Assembly (NCBI RefSeq): GCF_006345805.1
Contig: NC_042998.1
Span: 85,188,001 to 85,252,000 of the forward strand
Length of the DNA stretch: 64,000 nt
Direction: 5' to 3'
From: Octopus sinensis
Lineage: Eukaryota
Of the stretch, positions 11,950 to 26,800 are shown piece by piece. Within the stretch, counting starts at the first letter, position 1. Every line of letters starts with the position of its first letter. Made by a program: the position numbers and the translations under genes. The notes beneath the pieces were generated by a model, which saw nothing but the letters and a program-made list of their open reading frames with translations, was not told where the DNA came from and made no database searches.

Positions 11950-14495
11950 AACCTAACTATTATTAATTGGTTAGCTACAGTTTGTCTAATGTAAAATCAA
12001 ATACTTATCTATTGATGTGATTTTTTAATGTGTTTTATTTGTAAAATAGCTAAGAAATTGATGTCTAAAGAACAAAAAAGAAAACCACTTTAAACTAACA
12101 CAATGGATATTTGCTGTTCAACCATTAGGAAATTTTGCCAAAATTCATTTAATTTAATCAAATTCATGTCTTTGATTTAAATATTTTCCCCCTTTTGTAC
12201 AAAACCAGAATGTTTGTAAATATTACTACCTCATTGCATAGCATTGGTGCTTATACTACAGAGACAAATTAATGAATACTGGCTTAAATGGTCAAGTGGG
12301 TTACCTAGAAGAAAAGGACTACAGCTTATTTCTCTATAGAAATGAACAGTTATTTCTTTTATTTAGGCATTCTTAGGCCTATTGTTACCTTTAGGGTAGG
12401 AGGGGAAATATATATAATTAAATTAAACCTAAGTACTTATTATTTTTATTGAACCTTGAGCAATGAAATGCTAAGTTGATATTAAGCTTGATTTGAACTG
12501 TTTGAAAAAGTTTTTAGATGATAATTTTTTAATATATTAGTGACTATTGTAAATGTTAATTCTATCTATGAAATCACCATGTTATTTTCATTTTAAAAAA
12601 TTATGAAAGTGTAGAATCTCTACAGTATCATTTTAGTGTGGTGAGAGATGTAATTGGTTAAACAATTATGAATTATAGCTCTGGCTATATAGGAAGTCTT
12701 AGACTTAGCACTGAAATACTAAAAAAAAAACCACTCAGTTATACTGTGTTCAGTACATCAATGAACTGCATTGAGCCAGTAAGAACTTCAATTGTTACTG
12801 CTCAATTCCTCTGACTGGACTTATTGGCTAATAGTTTTAACTTGACTAGGTGTCACTGCTCAAAATATCAGGTATCATTACAGAGTGTAGTCTACTGATT
12901 ATAACAACTGAAACTGACTCAATATTATTTATGTGATTTAAAAGTTTCAAGTATTTTAAAAGGAAATCATAAAAGATTTAAAGTTAGCTTACATTTTCCT
13001 TCTTTTAAAACTGACCTAGTTTGTTGCAATGTCACCTTGGTTTTATAAAATACACACACACAAAAAAAAGAACTGTAAATGAGCTGTATAAAAGTTGTTC
13101 AATACCTTATTGTATTTAAACTAGACACACTATTTGAATGCTTTATATACACAGTCATCTCCAGTTATGTAGTCAATTTAAGGCTCTATATCAGTATTAT
13201 ACAATTAAAATTTCAATTTTTTTAAATTTTAAAATATCTCAAAATTCAGATGCAGTAAAAAAGCGAAATTATCTACAATTTCAGATGTACAATTAAGATT
13301 AAAAAAAAAAAAAAAACAGGAATAGACGCCAGTGTTGGTAAAACTATGCTAAAATACAAATTGCTTGCTTACAACTAAAATTCCCAAATTTAAGGAAATA
13401 GAAGTAATTAATTTGAAATGATGGCTGATACAAATTATTCTGATATGATATAAAACCAAATGCTTTGAGCCAAAACTATCAAAGTAAACAGATTTTAACT
13501 ATACTGATGTTTGTGAAATAAAGCACCTATTTAAAAGGAAATTTTGCTTCTACATTTCATTAGAAACCTCCAAGAAAGCAGTAAATATCTATAGAGCTGG
13601 GTTATTTGGTTATAAAACCAGTTGTATTTTCTAAATTGTTTATAACTATATGGTAATATTTTAATGCGGATGGGAGATGAAAATAATATAATTTTAAAGT
13701 ATCTCTTTGAATTTAATCTGGAAAATAAGCTTATATTTAAAATAGGTTATGAGCTTAAGCCTTTTAATACCACCACCAGTTTTACACTAAAGTGATTTAA
13801 ATTCAAACCTTCAACCAAATTTTCATTTAATTTATGTTCCAATACCAGCTTAAAAGTGACAGTTATTTCCCTAAATTCATTGTTTTCAAAATTAAAAACA
13901 AAAGTAATGTATTTCAACAGCAATATGGTAACAAAAGGGTTAATTTTATACAGACATTTTGTAACTTTTAGCGATGAGGATAGTATATCAGTTTAGGTTT
14001 TATGACAAAGGGAAGAAATTAGTGTTGAGATTGGAAGCATGAACCTAAATAAACAATATACTTGAGCTAAATGGATAAGGCTAGTCTTAGCTATGTATTG
14101 TGAAAACATAAATGAAAGTTAGGCGTGATAACAGCGGGAGAATTAAATTTTAAAAACCTAATCTGGCATTTAAGTTACACGGCCAATGTGCAACTAAATT
14201 TCAGCTGCTTGGGGAGAATTGAAAGGAATTTAGACAAAGAGTAAGAAAACAAATATTCGAAATTAACTGACATTACATATTGAGAGGAGTAACTAAGAAG
14301 AGAAAAATTATAACAATAACACCTTATGAAATGCATAAATACTGCCAATCTCCAAATTTCATTATTTGTTTATAATAAATAACTCAACTTTCTTTTAAAA
14401 TGTTTACAAGATAACTACAGAAAGGTATGGATAAATATGACAGACAACTAGTTGAGTAAATACATTAGCTGAAAGGTAGCATTTCTTTTTCACAT

Positions 14496-14536
<41 letters not shown>

Positions 14537-15296
14537 ATGACTAGCAATGATAAAGCTATAGCTGAGCTGTAGGTTATGTATAAAAGTCTATGGCAAAAAC
14601 TAAAGACGCACATTTTGTTTTACCAAGAGCTGAAGTAGGCACCCACACACCCCTAAAAACACAAAAATCCCCACAAAAACAAGAAGAAACAAACAAAAAA
14701 ACATGTCACATAATGTACTGGGAATTTAGAATGAACTGGAGCCCAGAACCAGAAAATAATGTGATGTGTACAGTTAGAATATTGTGCAATATAGTAATTG
14801 CCTCAGCACCAAAAAATGTTAATTTCATTTCCAATATTGGTCATTTATGATGACTCCCTCTCTCTCTTTCCTACTCTCTCTCTGTACACACACACACACA
14901 CACACACATTCAGATGCAATGTCAACTAATCAAAACTAAGAAATACAAAACCATCGGAGAGCATATATTAAATTCATTTTACTTGTCAGACAATTTATAA
15001 TCTAAAGCGAATGGTTTTTATTTCAACTGAGCTTGGTTGTAAATTAGAGAGCAAACATAAGATGTATGAATGTTTTGACTAGAATATTTCAACATACTAG
15101 CTGTCACTGGTTAAAATGATAGGATGTTTGACTACCAACTGAAGGGAGAGTAGTTCTATTCCTATCATCAGTGCTGCTTTGTATTTAATGACCAAACATG
15201 CTTCAGTCTCAACAGACACTCCACCTACCTGTAAATATGTACCACTGGGTATTTACTATGAAGCAAAGCTGCAAAATTAACAAACATTTTGTTACT
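10600..15296 (-). other. Putative long 3' UTR of the unidentified minus-strand gene
   Basis: About 4.7 kb directly downstream of the TAA at 15297 with none of the SINE families that are otherwise frequent; U-rich tracts on the minus strand; candidate AATAAA at 10716->10711. Confidence 0.45.
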
Positions 15297-15465
15297 TTAC
15301 ATTGTTGTGGCCAATTCTTCCCTTGGAGAATGACCTCTATCAGGCTGACTTGCTTTAATGGCAAAGACTTCAATGATGTCCTGGGGTTTCAATGGTTTAT
15401 GAAACTCATGACATTTACAAGAATTATTAAAAAAACGACGACAATTTTGTGTGTTGAAAGGTAGA
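15297..15465 (-). CDS. Terminal coding exon of an unidentified protein
   Basis: Acceptor ctaataactctgctccAG, phase 2, (S)LPFNTQNCRRFFNNSCKCHEFHKPLKPQDIIEVFAIKASQPDRGHSPREELATTM*. Phase matches the donor at 15832. Not in the ORF track because it has no start codon. Confidence 0.6.
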
Positions 15466-15831
15466 CTGGAGCAGAGTTATTAGCCTTGACAATAAGCACA
15501 ACAGAATTATACTTAGTATTCTGTCATATTCACTCCATGGTTATTGTGCTTTGATTATATATATATATATATACATATGCATGCACACACACTTACATAT
15601 ATGTATAGGATAGTAATATCACACTGGTGTGAAATGAAAGTATTTAATATTGCTAGGTAGAGTAGCATAATTTAATTCTGTGTGAGTAATTACTCGGAGT
15701 TTCTCATTCCAGCCCCCAAGTCACTCACAAAAACTTTGAATATATATATATATATGGATGGATGATTCTTCGGCATGTTTGATCAATTGCATCATTGTGT
15801 TAGTGGCTGAGCATTCCACAGACACACGTAC

Positions 15832-15993
15832 CTTCTACGCAATTTTCGGGCAGAATCAGCACAACACAGTGTGTGTGTGTGTGTGTGACAAAGCTGTGCC
15901 TTCCAATCAGGGGTATAATCCTTGTGATAGGCTTCAATACCATTTCTGTCTCTCCAATTCTCAATTTCACTCAAGGTACAAGCTAATCTGAGG
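15832..15993 (-). CDS. Penultimate coding exon of the unidentified protein (alternative acceptor would start at 16019)
   Basis: Acceptor ccattttctgcAG (phase 2) or tctttgaAG (phase 0, adds QKANAIFCS). LRLACTLSEIENWRDRNGIEAYHKDYTPDWKAQLCHTHTHTLCCADSARKLRR, donor AG|GTACGT phase 2. Confidence 0.6.
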
Positions 15994-16437
15994 CTGCAGA
16001 AAATGGCGTTTGCCTTTTGCTTCAAAGACCACAAATTAAAAGGAGGAAAGAAATGTTGTTTGAATTAACCCAGGCATGATGGCACATATTTTAGCAATCC
16101 TGGAAGGAAAAAAAAAACTAAATGAAATAGAGGAAAAGACCTTGTAATTCAACAGGTATGCCTTCCATCGTAGTCATGAAAAAACACCTAAAAAACTGCC
16201 ACTTAAACTGAGAGAAATGAAGTTAGTGAAGTAGAGTTAGGGAGGGAGAGAGAGTCATTTAAAAATACATAAGAAAACAAACATAGCACCAGCATTGATT
16301 TTTTTTTGTTATTTTTTAAAGTGACATTTGTTAACAGGAATTTATCAGAAGTAATTCTTGAATTTAAGATTTAAAAAAAACTGAAAATACTGACATTCCC
16401 ATAATATATCTAATGCATTTTATAATATATATATATG

Positions 16438-16479
<42 letters not shown>

Positions 16480-16693
16480 ATGTCTGGTCACAGAATACGA
16501 TAATCGTTTCACTGCTACTATAAAAGACCTAAATCAGGAATAGATAAAAGTTAGGCACTGTGGTAATTAATAAATTACATTAAACATACTTTCATACACA
16601 CGCTCACACACATAAACACATAGATGAATATATGTATTGTTTTGGACATTAAGCTGAAAAATGAAGTACAAGCCCCAAAAAATATCAAAAGCA

Positions 16694-16746
<53 letters not shown>

Positions 16747-17255
16747 ATGTATGTTAATTCAACAATGACAAAAATGACAAGAAGAACTAATACAAAATAT
16801 TCTTACAGTAAATAGGCACTAATTGTAATTTCTAGAAATAATTCTGAAAGATCTTTGGCAGATCATTCGGACTCATTACCATAAAAGATTTTTAAGAATT
16901 GTAAATTCAAGGAAATTCATAGCACAATTGTTTCCTTTAAAAATTGTTCAATTTCTTTTTGGGTTTTCGCAATTCTCTTTTTTTTTTTTAAAATTTCGTT
17001 TTTGTTAAGTTCTCTTTTAACAAAACATTTCAGCAGCTAATGCAAATATATTCTTAGAAGAATTGTCATAAAAAAAAAGAAGAAAACCATATATATATAT
17101 AATATATGATTCACTAATTCACTTGTCTGGAAACACTTGAAGTGTCTTTATAGGTATAAAGAGTTGGTGGTATAGTTTTCAAACTGTTAAATAAGACCTA
17201 GAAAGGAGAGATAGAAGGTGATATCTATATTATAGATAATGGTTTTAAATTTAGG

Positions 17256-18110
17256 TACAAGGCCTGCAATTTTAGGGGAATTGGGATAGTCAATCACGTT
17301 GACTCCCAGTGCTTAAGTGGTACTTATTTTATTGACTCCAACAGGATGGAAGGTAAAGTTGAACTCGGAATGTAATGAGTCAGAAGAAATGCTGCTAAGC
17401 ATTTTGTCCAATATATTAACAATCCTACCAGCTTGCTTCCTTATCTAAGTTTTAGATAATAAAAATACATCTGAACCAGGTAAAAATTCTTTGGTTCATT
17501 GCCACCTATTGTTTAGGGAGAGGAGCATATTGATATTCAACTGAATTCACATTTGGATTTGAACTTGTAATGCTTTGGGCCAAAACTAAATACTATTAGG
17601 CATTTAGTAGAGAACTGCATTTTATATCCAATGTTGTAATATTAATTTCTAACAAACAACAAACCAAAAAATTTTGGGAAAGAGAGCAGCTAATTACACT
17701 GCTCCTCAGTATTTGTTTGCTATTTGAAAAATATTTTCTCAACTGTGGAAAGATGAAAAGTAAAGTTGAGTGACCTCAGCAAGATTTGAACTCATAATGT
17801 AAAGAGCCAAAACAATCACTGCTGGGCATTTTATCTGATACTCTAAAGATTCTCTCAACTCATCACCCTTTTCAATGCCATAACTGTATCTAGTTTAGGC
17901 CAATAATTTTTGAGGGGAGAGGATTAGTTGATTACATTGACACCTGTACTTGAGTGGTTCTTTATTTTATTCATCTCATCAGGATGAAAGGCAAAGATGA
18001 CCTCAGCTGAATTTGAACTCAGAATGTAAAGAGGTGGAAGAAATACTGCAATGCAGTTGTCCAATGCTTTAACGATTCTACCAACCCACCAACTATTTCA
18101 ATTTTTCAAT
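17256..18110 (-). mobile_element. Cluster of family-B SINE copies and fragments
   Basis: Repeated ggtacttattttatt / atgaaaggcaaag..gacctcag / atttgaactc / gcattttgtccaa motifs at about 17256-17445, 17500-17880 and 17900-18110. Confidence 0.75.
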
Positions 18111-18124
18111 GCTGTAATAATAAT

Positions 18125-18125
<1 letters not shown>

Positions 18126-18220
<95 letters not shown>

Positions 18221-19117
18221 CATATATACATATATATATACAATATATATATACATATATATACTACATATATATATATATAACATATATATATATACAT
18301 ATATATATATAATATACATATATATAATATACATACATATATATATATATATACTATATATATATACATACATATATATATATACATATATATATATACA
18401 TATATCTATACATATATATATATACATATATATATATACATATATATATATATACTATATATATACATTATATACATATATATACATATATATATATATA
18501 TATAATATATATATACATTATATATATATACACTATATATATACATATATATATATACATATCATATATACATATATATACATATATATATTATATATAC
18601 ATATACATTATACATACATATATTATACATATACATATATACATACATAATATACACATATACACACATATATATACATACATACATACACACATATATA
18701 CATATATATACAATATATATATACATATATAATATATATATACATTACATACATATATATACATATATATTATATATATATATACTACATATATATACAT
18801 ATATATACATATATATATATATAATACATATATATACATACATATATATATATACATATATATATATACATACATATACATATATACACATATAATATAC
18901 ATACATATACATATAACATACATATATATATATACATAATATACATATATACATATATACATAATACATATACATATACATACATATATACATACATACA
19001 TATACATACATACATATATATACATACACATATATATATACATATACATATACATATACATATACTACATACATATATACATATACATACATATATACCA
19101 CATATATATATACATAC

Positions 19118-19150
<33 letters not shown>

Positions 19151-20087
19151 CATATACATATACACATATACATATATTCATATACATATATACATATATA
19201 TACATATATACATATACATATATACACATATATACATATACATACATATATACATACATATACACATATATACATACATATACATATATACATATATACA
19301 TAATACATACATATACACATATATACATACATATACATATATACATATACATATACATACATACATACATATACATACATACACATATATACATACATAT
19401 ACATATACATACATACATATACATATATATACATACATATACATATATACATACATATATACATACATACATACATATACATATATACATACATACATAT
19501 ATACATATATACATACATACATACATATACATACATATATACATACATACATACATATACATACATATATACATACATACATACATATATATATACATAT
19601 ATACATATATATATACACATATATATACACATATATATACACACATATATATATATATACACATATATATACACATATATATATATATATACACATATAT
19701 ATACACACATATATATATATACACATATATATACACACATATATATATATACACATATATATATATACACATATATATACACACATATATATATATATAC
19801 ACATATATACACACACATATATATATACACATATATATATACATATATACATATATATATACACATATATATATACACATATATATATACACATATATAT
19901 ATACATATATACACATATATATATATACATATATACACATATATATATATACATATATACACATATATATATATACATATATACACATATATATATACAC
20001 ATATATATACACATATATATATATACACATATATATACACATATATATATATACACATATATATATATACACATATATATACACATA

Positions 20088-20123
<36 letters not shown>

Positions 20124-20180
20124 CACATACATATATATACATACATATATACACATACATATATACACATATATACATAC

Positions 20181-20239
<59 letters not shown>

Positions 20240-22830
20240 CACATATATATATATACATATATACACATACATATATACACATATATATATATACACATAT
20301 ATACACACATATATATATACATATATATACACACATATATATATACATATATATACACACATATATATATACATATATATACATATATACACATATATAT
20401 ACATATATACACACATATATACACATATACATACATACACACACACACATATATATACATACATACACACACACACACATATATGTATACATACACACAT
20501 ATATATATATATATGTATGTATACATACATACATACACACACACTCATTTATATATACATATACATATATAAACATATACATATATATATATATACATAT
20601 ATATATACATACATATATATATACATACATATATATATACATACATATATATATATACATATATATATACATACAATATATATATACACATATATATATA
20701 TAATACATACATATATATATAACATATATATATATACATATATATAATATACATACATATATATACGTATATATATACATATACACATATATACATATAT
20801 ATACATACGTATATATATACATATACACATATATACATATATATACATACGTATATATATACATATACACATATATACATACGTATATATATACATATAC
20901 ACATATACATACGTATATATATACATATACACATATACATACGTATATATATACATATACACATATACATATACACATATATACATACATATACACATAT
21001 ACACATACATACACATATATATACATATATACACATACGTATATATATACATATATACATATATATACATACGTATATATATACATATATATACATACGT
21101 ATATATATACATATATACATATATATACATACGTATATATATACATATATACATATATATACATACGTATATATATACATATATACAATATATACATACG
21201 TATATATATACATATAATACATACGTATAATATACATATACACATATATATACATACGATATATATACATATACACATATACATATACACGTATATATAT
21301 ATACATATACACATATACATATACACGTATATATATATACATATATATATATATAACATATACACATATACATATACACATATATACATACATACACATA
21401 TATATTACATACGTATATACATACATACACATATACATACGTATATATATACATATACACATATACATACGTATATATATACATATACCATATACATATA
21501 CACATATATACATACATATACACATATACACATATACATACGTATATATACATATATATACTACGTATATATATACATATATACATATATAATACATACG
21601 TATATATACATATATATACATACGTATATATACATATATACATATAATATATACATACGTATAATATACATATATACATATATATACATACGTATATATA
21701 TACATATACTATATATACATACGTATATATATACATATATATACATACATACATATATATACATTACACATATACATATACACATATTATATACATATAC
21801 ACATATACATATACACATATATATATATACATATACACATATACATATACACATATATATATACAATATATATATACACATATACACATATACATATACA
21901 CATATATACATACATACACATATATATACATACATATACACATATATACATACATATACACATATACACATATATACATACATATACACATATACACATA
22001 TATACATATATACATACATATATATACATATATATATATACATACATATACATACATACATACACACATATACATACACATATACACACATATACATATA
22101 TATATATACACACATATACATATACATATATAACATATACATATATTATATATACATATATATATTACATATATATATATATACATATACTATATATATA
22201 TATATATATACATATATATTATACATATATATATATACATATATATATATACATATTATATATACATATATATATACATATATATACATACATATATACA
22301 TATATATATACATATATTATACATATATATATACATATATATATAACATATATATATACATATATATATACATATATATATACATATATATATACATATA
22401 TACTATATATATACATATATACATATATATATACATATATATATACATATATATATACATATATAATATATATACACATATATATATACATATATATATA
22501 CATATATATATACATATATATATACATATATACATATATATATATACATATATACATATATATATATATCATATATATATACATATATATATAACATATA
22601 TACATATATATATACATACATATATACATATATATATACATACATATATACATATATATATACATATATATATACATATATATATACATAATATATATAT
22701 AATATATATACATAATATATACATATATATATATATTATATACATATATAATATATATATATATATCATATATATATATATATATACACATATATATATA
22801 TATATACACATATATTTCTATATATACACA
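18126..22830. repeat. Giant compound (AT)n/(ATAC)n/(ATACAC)n microsatellite, about 4.7 kb
   Basis: Near-continuous purine/pyrimidine alternation of A, T and C on +. G is essentially limited to the left (GT)n edge, 20480-20520 and the ACGT-containing block at about 20760-21730. Ends in a 20-bp tandem duplication tatatacacatatatttct(a/g). Confidence 0.97.
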
Positions 22831-22967
22831 TATATTTCTGTTTCTAAGTATGAATGAAAGGGTTTCATAGTTGACTGAATCAAGTTGTTAAATTCTTAAT
22901 TCCTCAAATGAGAAGAAATATAAAGTTAACTCGGGTGGTATTCAGATAGGCAAGGCATTGAATGTAA

Positions 22968-23002
<35 letters not shown>

Positions 23003-23348
23003 AGGGCCTAATTTCTTTCTAAATATTGAGTAACTTATATAATTAAGTGAAAGAGCTGATGAGTATATTTGCATGATAAAAAGTTAAGTGGACAAAAGGA
23101 ATAACTAAATGTACAGGTGATTGGTAGTGGTAGGATTGAGAATTGTTAAAAAATAGAAACTGGAAATGCAACAAATTTAACAAAAGGAAGAAGTGATTAA
23201 AACATTGTTATATAGAGTACACAGGCAAGATAGATTGCTGCTGTTTTAAAGGATTAGGATTACATAAGCAAATTCATAAAACTTAGGGAAATTTAAATTC
23301 AATTCCACCCCACTTCAAAGACCCTTGCTTAATCCATTTGATACTAAC

Positions 23349-23397
23349 CTGCATGAGACCAGCTTTGGTTTCATGATACAAAATTTCCTGTTTTGGT
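23349..23397 (-). CDS. Candidate 49-nt internal exon of the unidentified gene
   Basis: Acceptor ggttttattttAG and donor CAG|GTTAGT. Open as PKQEILYHETKAGLMQ (phase 2-0, fits the 16019 acceptor) or QNRKFCIMKPKLVSC (phase 1-2, fits the 15993 acceptor). Confidence 0.4.
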
Positions 23398-25149
23398 CTA
23401 AAATAAAACCTAATAAAATTTCATGTTTTAAATTCTTCATTAATTTAGCATAATTTAACAGATATATAATGAAAAATTAAGACATTAGAATTCCTACCAA
23501 CACTCTTCTTTCTACTTTTACAAACTTATATTTGTAAACTTTACTGATTTTTGCCAACGTATGCTATCATGACATTCCTCAAATTCTGAAGTTTATTAAT
23601 TAAAAGAATTTACTGTGTTTTGTAGTTTAAATTATTTAATCAGTAACTAAGAAAAAAAACCCACACTGATTCAGTGCAATCTAAAATAATTTGATTAACA
23701 AAAAAAAAGAAAAGAAAAGAAAAGTGTATCAATTAAGAAATTTAAGACAATTGCTTACTACTTATATTATCTTTAACTTTAGAACCTAGAATTTACTTAA
23801 ACAGAAGCTGTTAGAGTTGAGACTATCAAGAAGGAATTTACTTTTTATCTGCTTTTATTACAGAAACCAGAGATGAGCAGCAATGGTGTTGATTCTGGTG
23901 ATACAGACAGATTAAGTTTAGGGATGTTGAAGAAGTTCTATCAAGAACTATGCTTAAGACATGATAAAATATAAAAAAATTAACTTCTGTAATTCAGTTT
24001 CACCCACTGATATGCGTGATGTGTGTGTGCATGTAAGAAATTGAAATGTTATATAAAGCCATTTTAAATAGTCAGTGAAAATGGGCCCAATGGTGTTAAA
24101 AACCTTATCTGAGTTTCTAAGTAAAAAAGTGTTTCCTCTTTCTTTTTATTTCTTGTGTGTTTGTCTATATATATATATATATATAAACATACACAATAGA
24201 TATATATATATATATACATATATGTGAGAAAGAGAGAGATGTGTGTGTATATTACCCTTTAACCGGTTTCAGATAAAAAAGACTGTGGCCATGCACATAT
24301 GTATATGTGTGTGTATATATTGCAACAATTAGCTGCTGTGGTAAAGAAAAGCATCAGTGTCCCTTATGATTTACAATAAGTGTTTTAGTGACACTAAGAT
24401 TTTTTAACTAGGAAAAAGAAAAAAAGAAAAATAAATGGAATGAACAAATTTCTTAAAAGCCTTTAAAAACACAAAAAAATTCTCACAAGCAATGAAATTG
24501 ATGTAATTTCTTCTTTGTTCATACTTTAGATCAAAGCAGTTATTGCTGAGGTTCAAAAGTTTTAGAGAACCCTATTGGTTTCTTTAAAACCAGAACACTA
24601 AGGTCTTATTGGTTAAGAAAGCTTCACTTAATGTAGATAAAATTAAAACTTACATATTAGAGTAATCAAAAAGGAGAGTAATATAAATAGAAAACCTGTA
24701 AACTAGAAGAAAGACAAACAGACCAGAAATAGAGAGGGCCTGTCATTGACAAGGTTGTGATGGTAACAAAAGGACATTGACAAACCTAGCTGATTGACTG
24801 ATTAATTAATCAAACAATCAATTAGTTAAGTGATTAAATGTTTAACCAATTGACAAATAAGCAACAAGTGGAATAGAACCAGTGCATGTGTTTATTATTG
24901 GCATAATGACCCTCCCAAGATACAACGAAGCAAATATTAGATATATTGTTAATGTTATCAGTTTGAAAGTATTTTGAGTAGCTTACTTAGATCTTCAACA
25001 CTACTGTATTTCTCTGTTTATTTACCATCATAATGCAATGATTTTGAACCCACAGTACTGCAGTGCTGTAACATTGTCAGTGACAGCACTTAGGTAATGT
25101 CTCTAAGATATGTTAGTGTATGTAATTTAATAAACAGTCTGCTCATGGG

Positions 25150-25350
25150 TACTGGTGCCATGTAAAAAGCACGCATACCTGTGTCACATTAAAAACACCT
25201 ATACACTCTGTAAAATGGTTGGCATTAAGAAGGGCATCCAGTCACAGAAACCATGCCAAAACATACAAATGGAGCCTGGACAGTTCTCCAGCTGGTCAGC
25301 TCCTGTCAAACTGTCCAACTCTTGCCATCATGAAGAACAGATGATGATAG
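25150..25350 (+). mobile_element. SINE-like family D, sense copy with (GAT)n tail
   Basis: aaagcac...tacactctgtaaaatggttggcattaagaagggcatccagtcacagaaaccatgcc...tgtcaaactgtccaac...gatgatgata. Confidence 0.75.
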
Positions 25351-25600
25351 GATAGGATTTAAATGTGGGCTACAAAAAGATTCATGCTTAGATAATACAG
25401 TAATCAGCCAGACTTGCAGAATTCTATGTACTACTTTGCAATTGTTCATATTCATGTTTGTTTTTATGTGAAGTTAGATATAAAAACAATTTAAAATTAA
25501 ACTCAATATTTTCTAAATCTCATGACAGCTGGTAAGCTGAAACCTCAAAGCTACTCTCAACCTTTACCTTGTAAAACTTAATTTATATTATATATATGTA

Positions 25601-25702
25601 AAGGTACAGGTATCAATTCATTCCAGCCATTTCAAGCAACTCCTTTTGATTAATGGAAAGGAGTCGCTCGAAACGGCTGTAATAAATTAAGACCTATACC
25701 TC
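25601..25702. mobile_element. Near-perfectly palindromic MITE (Tc1/mariner-like, TA flanks)
   Basis: 25598-25646 versus the reverse complement of 25657-25705 match 39/49 with a 10-nt loop; TA on both sides (25599-25600, 25703-25704). Confidence 0.65.
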
Positions 25703-26039
25703 TATGTTATATTTTATTCACCTATCCTGGAATCTGCACTTTGGAAATATTATAGAAGGCATTTTGATATAAAGTACATGTCTGAATAGCCAAGAGCAGA
25801 TCTCTACACTCAGCTGGGTCATATTATTTGCATACATTGCAAGAATATCAGGTGCTAGCACTTCTGCACTGAGTTTGATATTCACTTAATATTGTTTGGG
25901 TGTGCATATTATTATGACCTAACAAAGTGCTTCAATTTAAGAACCTAATTCAACTGAATCTTAATTGTATTTTATATATATAAATATATAAACACAAAGA
26001 TGCCAGTAAACACTGTTTCAAAAGAATGAAAGTAGTTGT

Positions 26040-26260
26040 TTCTAATTTTTCTGGGATAACTCCATTATAGTTATCTGTATTGGATTTTGGCACAAGTCCA
26101 GCAATTTTGAAGGGAAGTAGTGGTGGTGAGTAAGTTGATATCACTGACCCCAATTTTTGACTGGTACCTTAATTGTACTCCAAGGGATAAATTCAGAATA
26201 TAGAAATAAGAAATACCTCAAGGCATTTCTTTCCTGATGTTTTAACAATTCTGATAAACC
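26040..26260 (-). mobile_element. SINE family B
   Basis: ggcacaagtccagcaattttgaaggg...gaccccaa...ctggtacc...gcatttc...acaattctg. Confidence 0.7.
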
Positions 26261-26609
26261 CCCTGCCCAGCCCTTAACTCCACCACAATAATGTTACTGA
26301 TGGAAAGAGAAGAAACAAATTAAAACAGATGTTATATAATGATAAATAGGTTAATTATATGGAAATGCATTTCTGAGTCATTTTTGTTTTAAAGTCTATA
26401 CTCATAAGTTTATTTTATTATATATATCATCTTTTCTAAAGTAGGGAAATTTGCTCTTAAACATGATCCTAAGACAAAATTTCTTAAATCATCTCCATGA
26501 TGTCCAACAGGCTTAGCACTATAGAACAATTCAAAGATAGTTTTACAACTTGTTTAATCCCTTAACAGAATTTAAATTTGTGGAAGAAAAAGAAAATGAT
26601 TAATAGAGA

Positions 26610-26800
26610 TCATCATCATTTAATGTCATGGGTTGGACAGTTTGACAAGAGCTAGCGAGCAAGAGGACTGCAAACTCCAGTGTCTACTCTGGCATGGTTT
26701 CTATGGCTGGATACCCTATCTAACATGAAACACTTTATGAAGCATACTGGATCCTTTTTATGCAGCACTGGAACTAGTGAGGTCACCAAGTAACTTACAA
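26610..26800 (-). mobile_element. SINE-like family D
   Basis: catcatcatttaatgtcatgggttggacagtttgac...ggcatggtttctatggctggatacc...ggtcaccaagtaactt. Confidence 0.75.

Noticed and set aside
18051-22811. Many long ORFs (up to 774 aa) of Y/I/M/C/V/H/T
   Set aside because: Alternating purine/pyrimidine microsatellite rarely makes stop codons; no splice context or complexity. Artefacts.
23862-23965. Plus-strand terminal-exon-like KPEMSSNGVDSGDTDRLSFRDVEEVLSRTMLKT*
   Set aside because: Good acceptor but no supporting upstream exon or homology, and it would be antisense within the minus-strand gene; unsupported.
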